A DNA stretch of 43,786 bases from an uncultured Clostridia bacterium (GTDB lineage: Bacteria; Bacillota; Clostridia; Lachnospirales; Lachnospiraceae): NCBI GenBank assembly GCA_947089095.1, contig CAMUJB010000007.1, positions 1 through 43,786 on the forward strand. The letters run 5' to 3'. Numbering within the stretch: the first letter of the stretch is position 1; the number at the start of each line of letters is the position of its first letter. Position numbers and translations under genes: made by a program. The notes beneath the pieces were generated by a model that searched no databases, was not told the DNA's origin, and saw only the letters and a program-made list of their open reading frames with translations. Positions 37,449 to 43,786 of this stretch are shown here, one piece after another.

Positions 37449-39032
37449 TTAACCAAGAAGAGAAAGAACTCCTTGATTGCTCTGATTTGCTTGAGCTAAC
37501 ATAGATTGACCAGCTTGAGCCAAAATATTATTATTCGCATATCTTACCATTTCAGTAGCCATATCCGTATCACGAATTTGACTTTCAGCACTTGTCGTAT
37601 TCTCCACTACATTATCTAAGTTATTAATTGTATGCTCTAAACGGTTTTGAACAGCACCAAGGGCAGCTCTTTGATCAGAAACTTTATTCAATGCCGCTTT
37701 AATTGTTTCAATTGCATTTAATGCATTTGTATCATCTTCTCCATTTACCTTTAAACCAGTGACACCAATTGCCTTAGCACTCATAGATTTTATATCAAGA
37801 GAAATCTGATTATTGGTTGTAGCATCTGCACCTACATGAAGATTCAAAGTTAAAGCACCTACATCAAATTTATCTGTATAACTTAGCAGTCTATCCACGT
37901 CAGCCTGTGTTGCCAACTGACGGTCAGTTGCACCCTCTCCTGTCTTTAAATACAGTTCTGCATTAGGATCTAACTTACCATTGTTGTTAATATATTTATC
38001 TAAACCATTCGCAGCAATCTCATTACCATCCCTATCAATAAATTGAACTACGCCCTTACTTGTATAGTCAGAATAAGCGACAGAATCTACAGCAAGTTTT
38101 ACAGGAGCAAGCGTAGAATAATACTTCGATATATCTGCAGCAGTCGCACCAATATCTGTTCCTATCTCTTTCCTATTTCCATCTGAATCATATACTTCTG
38201 TCTTCAGCTTATAATGTGCACCAGTATCAGTTACAGTATTACTAGCAATTGCAACTGCTTGACTCTTTATATCACCTGTTCCAGCACTAGAAGAATAATA
38301 AGTTGCTGTTGAATCATATGCTTCCCCAGAAGCAACTTGATAATATTCATCTCCCACTTTCTTCAAATACTTACCTGTACTATCCGTGAAAACTGCTTCC
38401 GAATTATTTAAGAAATTACCAGAATCACTAGATGCAATCGCTACTCCATAGGTTGCACCTGTACTGTCACTATAATATACTTTTGTTGAATCAACTGCTG
38501 TTTTCAACGTCCCTTTCGATAAAGTCTTAACGGTATTATCTTCTACATAGTAAAGGTCTTGGCTAATCACATCTACTTCTTTATATTGGAAATTTGTGTC
38601 TTTTGCAGCATTTACATCCCCTTTTAACAAATAAGTTTCATTAAACTTCGTTGTCTCCGATACACGATCGATTTCTGTTACCAACTGATCGATCTCAGCC
38701 TGAATCGCATCTCTATCAGAAGAAGAATTCGTTCCATTTGCTGCCTTTACTGCCAATTCATTCATTCTCTGAAGCATATCCTGTACTTCTGTCAACGCAC
38801 CTTCTGCTGTCTGTACGGCACTGATTCCGTCCTGTGCATTAGAAGAAGCCTGTGTCAGTCCTCGGATCTGTTTTCTCATTTTTTCGGAAATTGCCAAACC
38901 TGCTGCATCGTCTGCTGCACGATTGATCTTATAACCAGATGATAATTTTTCTGTGGATTTTGCCTGAGCCTTGGTTGTGATACCTAGCATACGATTAGAA
39001 TTCATTGCTGTAAGATTGTGTTGTACTACCAT
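37449..39032 (-). CDS. fliC: Flagellin with a large variable central domain
   Basis: Conserved N-terminal D0/D1 ([17 protein letters not shown] ... [17 protein letters not shown]) and C-terminal D1/D0 ([16 protein letters not shown] ... [25 protein letters not shown]). SD aaggagg precedes the ATG. Confidence 0.9.
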   Translation of the reverse strand: MVVQHNLTAMNSNRMLGITTKAQAKSTEKLSSGYKINRAADDAAGLAISEKMRKQIRGLTQASSNAQDGISAVQTAEGALTEVQDMLQRMNELAVKAANGTNSSSDRDAIQAEIDQLVTEIDRVSETTKFNETYLLKGDVNAAKDTNFQYKEVDVISQDLYYVEDNTVKTLSKGTLKTAVDSTKVYYSDSTGATYGVAIASSDSGNFLNNSEAVFTDSTGKYLKKVGDEYYQVASGEAYDSTATYYSSSAGTGDIKSQAVAIASNTVTDTGAHYKLKTEVYDSDGNRKEIGTDIGATAADISKYYSTLAPVKLAVDSVAYSDYTSKGVVQFIDRDGNEIAANGLDKYINNNGKLDPNAELYLKTGEGATDRQLATQADVDRLLSYTDKFDVGALTLNLHVGADATTNNQISLDIKSMSAKAIGVTGLKVNGEDDTNALNAIETIKAALNKVSDQRAALGAVQNRLEHTINNLDNVVENTTSAESQIRDTDMATEMVRYANNNILAQAGQSMLAQANQSNQGVLSLLG

Positions 39033-39296
39033 AAAATATACCTCCTTGTAATACGGCTTGTTTCATCATTTTTCTTTTCCCTTGCCGTTTCTTTGTTATG
39101 CGGTCAACTCCATTTGCCGCTTTGGTAAGAAAAGTCTTACCTCATTTCTTAAAAAATTTATCTCGGATTTCCACCAAATATCATTTCTTTTGATTTCTTT
39201 CCGAATTTAATAATCCGAATCACATCCCGCTTTTGGGCCCGATTGTTGCAGACTGCTTTCGGTTATTAACCATAACAAATAACCTCTCTTCTTCTT

Positions 39297-39551
39297 TTAG
39301 CTTCCTGCCTTCGAAGAAGATTTCTTCTTTCGAAACCGTTCTGCCAATTCCGGTTCTGCATAATATTGAGGAAGAGATCCCCTCTCTTCTTCCGGCACGT
39401 TCTGTTCCATCACTTTACTTCTCACTACACCGACTTCCTTTGGTGCATCAATCAGAATTCGAAGATGGCTTTTACTGCCTCCTAAAAATGCAATCTTAAT
39501 ATTATCCCCTATCATCAGGTATTCTTCTGTACTTAGAGTCAGTCTTAACAT
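39297..39551 (-). CDS. csrA: Carbon storage regulator CsrA (flagellin-mRNA translational repressor) with a C-terminal extension of about 25 aa
   Basis: MLRLTLSTEEYLMIGDNIKIAFLGGSKSHLRILIDAPKEVGVVRSKV aligns with the CsrA consensus (MLxLTRxxGExxxIGDxIxIxVL...NAPKEV). It lies upstream of flagellin as in Bacillus, but no fliW is adjacent. Confidence 0.8.
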   Translation of the reverse strand: MLRLTLSTEEYLMIGDNIKIAFLGGSKSHLRILIDAPKEVGVVRSKVMEQNVPEEERGSLPQYYAEPELAERFRKKKSSSKAGS

Positions 39552-39584
39552 CTAAAAACCTCCTTGTTTTCTCCATGTCCTCTG

Positions 39585-39620
39585 TGCCAATATGAAAATG
39601 CAACATTTGTTAGTAAAATG
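39585..39620. repeat. Palindromic 15-6-15 site 1 (aaaatgcaacattt-gttagt-aaaatgttgcatttt); candidate recombinase core site or operator
   Basis: Perfect 15-bp arms around the 6-nt spacer gttagt. It lies between divergent csrA and the recombinase gene. It matches the inverse of site 2 (40383-40419) at 33 of 36 positions. Confidence 0.55.
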
Positions 39621-39664
39621 TTGCATTTTTAAGAAAGCAAAATTCAACGAACGGAGGATCTATC

Positions 39665-40255
39665 ATGAGCACAACACAGCCTATTAAAAGCAAAGACGCA
39701 CTGAACCAATTTAAAAATTATTATTTGCTGCAAAAACCTCAGCCAAGAAACTATACCCTGATTATATTGGGACTAAATACAGCACTGCGAATCTCCGATA
39801 TTCTCACATTAAAATGGAACGATATCTATGATGACCATACTAAAACCATGAAAAAACATTTAGAAGTAATAGAACAAAAGACCGGAAAATCCCGCACGAT
39901 TGCATTAAACCGCTCTATCTGCACCACCCTAAAAAACTACCTTTCGTATTCCTTCCAGGAAAAACCCTATGAAAAAGAGCAGTATCTCTTCTTAAGTCAG
40001 AAAGGAAAGAATGAGCCAATCAGTCGTTCTCAAGCCTACCGAATTATCTGTACTGCTGCCAAAGCATCTGGACTGGATCAACATATCAGCTGCCACTCTC
40101 TAAGAAAGACATTCGGTTATCATGCGTGGAAACAGGGAACCCCTCCAGCCCTTTTAATGGATCTTTACAATCACTCCTCCTACAGCATTACCAAGCGATA
40201 TTTAAGTATTGAACAAGACGAAAGAGATGAAGTGTATTTAAAAATTACACTCTAA
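39665..40255 (+). CDS. Small tyrosine site-specific recombinase (FimB/FimE-sized, 196 aa)
   Basis: Catalytic residues in order: R (ALRISDIL), H-x-x-R (HSLRKTFGYH), H (LYNHSSY), Y (ITKRYL). SD ggagga lies 7 nt upstream. A strong terminator hairpin aaatgccgcttatc/gataagcggcattt follows at 40272-40307. Confidence 0.8.
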   Translation: MSTTQPIKSKDALNQFKNYYLLQKPQPRNYTLIILGLNTALRISDILTLKWNDIYDDHTKTMKKHLEVIEQKTGKSRTIALNRSICTTLKNYLSYSFQEKPYEKEQYLFLSQKGKNEPISRSQAYRIICTAAKASGLDQHISCHSLRKTFGYHAWKQGTPPALLMDLYNHSSYSITKRYLSIEQDERDEVYLKITL

Positions 40256-40271
40256 TCCAATCACAAAAAGA

Positions 40272-40307
40272 AATGCCGCTTATCGACAGAGGATAAGCGG
40301 CATTTCC
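40272..40307 (+). terminator. Rho-independent terminator of the recombinase gene
   Basis: gaaatgccgcttatcgacagaggataagcggcatttc followed by a T/A-rich run. Confidence 0.6.
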
Positions 40308-40382
40308 CTTGAAAAATAAAAAATTTAAAAAAATTCAAAAACGCTATAAAGTATTTTATAAAAACACCGATATAAGGAATAT

Positions 40383-40419
40383 AAAAATACAACATTTTAC
40401 TAACAAGTGTTGTATTTTT
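40383..40419. repeat. Palindromic site 2 (aaaaatacaacatttt-actaac-aagtgttgtattttt), an inverted copy of site 1
   Basis: Its spacer actaac is the reverse complement of the site 1 spacer. The two sites bracket an approx. 760-bp segment that contains the recombinase gene. Confidence 0.55.
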
Positions 40420-40583
40420 ATTTTTTATAAAGTATCTTCCTTTTCTATTCTACTAAACAGCATAAACAAAAGCAAATATTTTTATACATATCTATCATAT
40501 CTTATAAAATTCAAGAAAATTTTTCATATTTTTCCTAAATTTTCTGTATTTTACAACACATTATACGAATCAAATATTCTATC

Positions 40584-42797
40584 TCATTCACTAATAGAGT
40601 GCTGAAACAAAATCCAAGTACTAATAAAATAACAAATCAGCAGTAACATAAGAATTCCCCCAGTTGCACCTATCTGTATCAGCAGTGCCCTACTCCCAAT
40701 ATATGCCGAAATTTCTGCCGATATCGTCTGAACAAAGTAAACAAGCACAACGACAGCAGCCCCTACTGCAACAACAACGGGAAGTCCAAACCACACTCCT
40801 AACTGCCGAAATACAAGTCTTTTGATTCTCTGCTCTTCCACTCCCAATTTTCGAAGTACGGAAAAACGATAGCGATACTGCCCTGCATCCAAAAGCTGCT
40901 GCAGAGAAAGTATGGTAAGACAGATTACCATCAACACAACGGCAGCATAAATCATCCCCGCCTGCAGAACAAAATTATTGGCCTTTGTACCATTTATCTG
41001 CAGGGTACGCAAACGAATTCCATATGCTGTGCCATTCTCTGTCCGCTCGGGATATTCTTTTATAAATTCCTTTTCCAATTTACAAGCATCCGCATAAGAA
41101 ATCCCTCTCTCTGTTAGAATATAGCGATCCCGCATAACCGGAAGCAAACTTTCACAAATCGAATCTGGAAAGACATACAAAACATTGGTATAGGAATTGT
41201 AAACCGTTTGTCCAATTTCATACTGATAATAAGACTCTTCCGAAAGCGTCAATTCCCCGGCATCTGTTAGGATATGGGTATGTTCTCTAAGAAAATCGTC
41301 CCGTTCCTCCTTTGCTGCAACGGATTTCCACTGTGTTGTAAATTCATTCTCCTCTAAAAAAATCGGTTCTTTCCCCAACATCGTCAGTATCCTATTATAA
41401 TTACTAAGAGAAATCGCCACAGCAGGAAATTCATATTTCTTCCGATTATGAAACTCTTCTTTCTTAGGCAAATACAGATAAAAAGTACAATCAGAAGCAA
41501 TCTCGATCCCATGCTCTCCCAAAAAATCACTTGCCAGCAAATAGTCATCCTGCGGCAAATATTCTTCTTGATAGACCTGATTATATCTGGAAAAAATCTG
41601 CACATCATACATCGAACGGCTGTCCAAATATCCAGAAGCCCAACCTGTTAAAATAGGTGCCGCAATAAACATCACAATCGCAAGTACTAAAGTAATACTG
41701 ATCAGCGTCATTGTTTTACTGGTGGTATTTAATTTCGAAATAATCTGTCCCCAAAAAAACAAATTTTCTCCATTATACTTATGTTCCGGTGACTTTTCCT
41801 TCCATGCGGCAATCTGACCGCTTGCCAAATAGATCAAATCACAGATAAAAAACAGCAGATCCGCCAAAAGAAACACCAGATATTGATTTTTTATCCCCGA
41901 CCCCAGCGGCAGATAATATTGATGGATTATCCCTGGTACACTGGCTGCCAAAAAAGCATTACAAACCGAACACATCAACAGTCCCAAAAGTAAGGAAGAA
42001 TCCTTTCTTTTTTTCCTTCGAACAATCCACAATAAAAAGCAGCCTAACGTAACAGCCGGAAAAAAAAGATTCCCCCAGAACATGACCTGTACAGGAACAG
42101 CAAAACGGCTGTCATAATAAAACCAAACTTTCCGTATCCCAGTTATAAGTCTCCAAAGCATAAATCCTTCGAAAATCCTCACCACTGCAAAAATCCAACG
42201 GCTCTTCTTTAATTCAGGCTCATTCTCTCTATCTGCCGAAAGCATCGCAACAATTTTCGTCTTTCGAATCATATAAGTATTCAAACTTCCCACTGCAAAA
42301 AAACTTAAAATAAAAAACACTGCCGTCAGCAATACCGTATCTGGAAACAGTGTCCATGCCAACTGATACGTTTTCCCATAAGAAGTCAATAACATTGCCG
42401 TAATAAACTGAGAACAAAACACACCAAAAAAAATTCCCAGTCCGATAGAAATCATTCCCATTATCAACGTTTCCGCAAAGAAAAGCCCCGCAACCGTCTT
42501 TTGCTCCATTCCCATAATTAACTGAAGGGCAAACTCTTTCTGCTTCCGCTGCAGCATATATCGATTCACAAACCAGATTAAAAAAGCCAAACACAATGTA
42601 ATCATACAGACGGCCGCTTTCATTCCGTCACTAAGCATCGTAAAATCATACTCACTTCCAATATCCGGCTTATAATATCTGCTGGAAATAGACAAAAACG
42701 AATAAAACAGCGTTACACATATCGTCATAGTCACAACATAAACTAAATAATCCCTTACCGACCGCTTAGCATTTCGAAAAACCAGTTTCACATACAT
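40584..42797 (-). CDS. BceB-type ABC transporter permease (FtsX-like, 10 TM, with a large extracellular loop)
   Basis: 737 aa. N-terminus MYVKLVFRNAKRSVRDYLVYVVT and a 4TM-loop-6TM topology typical of BceB/VraG peptide-sensing permeases. Overlaps the upstream ATPase gene. Confidence 0.8.
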   Translation of the reverse strand: MYVKLVFRNAKRSVRDYLVYVVTMTICVTLFYSFLSISSRYYKPDIGSEYDFTMLSDGMKAAVCMITLCLAFLIWFVNRYMLQRKQKEFALQLIMGMEQKTVAGLFFAETLIMGMISIGLGIFFGVFCSQFITAMLLTSYGKTYQLAWTLFPDTVLLTAVFFILSFFAVGSLNTYMIRKTKIVAMLSADRENEPELKKSRWIFAVVRIFEGFMLWRLITGIRKVWFYYDSRFAVPVQVMFWGNLFFPAVTLGCFLLWIVRRKKRKDSSLLLGLLMCSVCNAFLAASVPGIIHQYYLPLGSGIKNQYLVFLLADLLFFICDLIYLASGQIAAWKEKSPEHKYNGENLFFWGQIISKLNTTSKTMTLISITLVLAIVMFIAAPILTGWASGYLDSRSMYDVQIFSRYNQVYQEEYLPQDDYLLASDFLGEHGIEIASDCTFYLYLPKKEEFHNRKKYEFPAVAISLSNYNRILTMLGKEPIFLEENEFTTQWKSVAAKEERDDFLREHTHILTDAGELTLSEESYYQYEIGQTVYNSYTNVLYVFPDSICESLLPVMRDRYILTERGISYADACKLEKEFIKEYPERTENGTAYGIRLRTLQINGTKANNFVLQAGMIYAAVVLMVICLTILSLQQLLDAGQYRYRFSVLRKLGVEEQRIKRLVFRQLGVWFGLPVVVAVGAAVVVLVYFVQTISAEISAYIGSRALLIQIGATGGILMLLLICYFISTWILFQHSISE

Positions 42798-43554
42798 GAC
42801 TCTTTCCTCCTCCCATCATAGTCAGCACATTTAAAATCTTTTGAAAAAAGGCACTTCTGCTGTCACTCCCTTTATACAATTCCATAAAAATTTCCCCATC
42901 CTGCAAAAATAAAATCCGCTCAGCATAACTAGCTGTAAAAGCATCATGTGTCACCATTAAAATCGTTGTTCCAATCTGTCTATGAATCCCTTGAATCGTA
43001 GATAACAGCATCTGTGCCGAATGACTGTCCAAAGCCCCGGTCGGTTCATCCGCTAACAAAAGCTTCGGCTTATGAATCATTGCCCTGGTACAGGCACAAC
43101 GCTGCTTCTGCCCTCCAGATACCTGATAGGGATATTTATCAAGAATATCACAAATATTCAACTGTTCTGCCATTTCTAAAACAGCTTTCTCAATCATCCT
43201 TGCAGGCATCCGATTAATTGTCAGTGCCAATGCAATATTTTCAGAAATGGTCAGTGTATCCAACAAATTAAAATCTTGAAACACAAAACCCAAATTTTCT
43301 CTGCGAAACCGAGCAAGCGACTTTGGCTTTATCTCCGTTATATCTGTTCCATCCAAATAGATATGACCTGCACTTACCGTATCAATCGTAGAGATACAAT
43401 TAAGCAGTGTTGTTTTCCCGGAACCAGAAGCTCCCATAATACTAAGAAATTCACCTGCTTCCACCGAAAAACTAATATCTTTAATCGCTTTTGTCAGATT
43501 TCCTTTATTTCCATAATATTTTTGAATATGTTCCAACTCTAAAATCATATACAT
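42766..43554 (-). CDS. BceA-type ABC transporter ATP-binding protein
   Basis: Walker A GASGSGKTTLLN, signature VSGGQKQR, Walker B LLLADEPTGALD, H-loop VTHD. The true start may be the second ATG (MILELEHIQKYYG, 43548). Confidence 0.9.
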   Translation of the reverse strand: MYMILELEHIQKYYGNKGNLTKAIKDISFSVEAGEFLSIMGASGSGKTTLLNCISTIDTVSAGHIYLDGTDITEIKPKSLARFRRENLGFVFQDFNLLDTLTISENIALALTINRMPARMIEKAVLEMAEQLNICDILDKYPYQVSGGQKQRCACTRAMIHKPKLLLADEPTGALDSHSAQMLLSTIQGIHRQIGTTILMVTHDAFTASYAERILFLQDGEIFMELYKGSDSRSAFFQKILNVLTMMGGGKSHVCETGFSKC

Positions 43555-43633
43555 TCTCTCTCCTTTTCCTTTTTTCTGCTCTTATTATAACGAACCCGCA
43601 AACATTTTGGTATCAAGTTTCCTTACACAGTTC

Positions 43634-43647
43634 TTACAAAAATGTAA
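43634..43647. promoter_or_regulatory. BceR-type response-regulator box TTACA-AAAA-TGTAA upstream of the bceAB-like operon
   Basis: Exact match to the published TNACA-N4-TGTAA consensus for BceR-like regulators, about 85 nt upstream of the ATPase start. An extra half-site ttaca lies at 43623-43627. Confidence 0.4.
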
Positions 43648-43650
43648 GAA

Positions 43651-43696
43651 GTGCAGAACCGATCCATCCGATCAATTCTGCACTCCATCCACAAAA
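43651..43696 (-). terminator. Terminator hairpin at the 3' end of the partial histidine kinase gene
   Basis: Minus strand gtgcagaa(ttgatcggatggatcgg)ttctgcac followed by ttcttacatttttg. The stem overlaps the last 4 codons. Confidence 0.45.
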
Positions 43697-43786
43697 TCAT
43701 TTCTATAAAAAGAAAGGGCAACCGTAGTTCCCTTTCCTTCCGAATCTACAGCCAATCCAATTCCTAACTTATCACAAAGACGTCTG
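43672..43786 (-). CDS. 3' end of a sensor histidine kinase gene (partial; HATPase_c C-terminus), presumably the BceS-like partner
   Basis: Translation runs to the window edge: RRLCDKLGIGLAVDSEGKGTTVALSFYRNDFVDGVQN*. Its position upstream of BceAB-like genes fits a BceRS-BceAB module. Confidence 0.4.
   Translation of the reverse strand, partial: RRLCDKLGIGLAVDSEGKGTTVALSFYRNDFVDGVQN

Noticed and set aside
39585-40419. Integrated prophage or ICE signalled by the tyrosine recombinase
   Set aside because: No other phage or conjugation genes, no tRNA attachment site and no long direct repeats. The element is under 1 kb, so an invertible cassette or remnant is the better reading.

Overview
This 43.8-kb window is low-GC Firmicutes DNA. 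The gene content (Rnf complex, flagellin with CsrA, a BceAB-type ABC module, CgeB-like glycosyltransferases, MATE/MarR/TetR efflux modules) suggests a Clostridia gut anaerobe; that is inference. No rRNA, tRNA or CRISPR array was seen. Core genes read directly from the ORF track: rpsO-pnp; a complete rnfCDGEAB operon; GH78 alpha-L-rhamnosidase; two MATE exporters; a CaCA antiporter; NUDIX and GNAT enzymes; a flagellin locus (CgeB-like GTs, a GT-radical-SAM fusion, flagellin, CsrA); a BceAB-like ABC pair preceded by the 3' end of a histidine kinase. Five things stand out. (1) A tight minus-strand operon (2330-8006) encodes a coiled-coil protein, a 1451-aa protein with an Hsp70/actin-fold ATPase domain behind a long near-perfect acidic tandem-repeat array, and a NUDIX hydrolase. 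A HipA/CtkA-like kinase-fold gene with an acidic small partner and an XRE HTH gene lie next to it. I could not place this in any described system; it is the best candidate for something new. (2) A FimB/E-sized tyrosine recombinase gene is bracketed by two near-identical 36-nt palindromic sites in inverted orientation, immediately upstream of csrA-flagellin, with no fliW present. This looks like a self-encoded invertible switch. (3) Several families of long palindromic MITE-like elements (A/B modules in 4 copies, C in 2 copies, D in 2 copies) sit in intergenic DNA. Copies differ by compensatory substitutions, which points to selection on the hairpin structure. (4) An octamer microsatellite sits inside the rnf operon between rnfG and rnfE. 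(5) A TetR-controlled ORF is an in-frame chimera of an ABC ATPase domain and half of an MFS transporter. All calls rest on motif reading by eye; no database search was possible.
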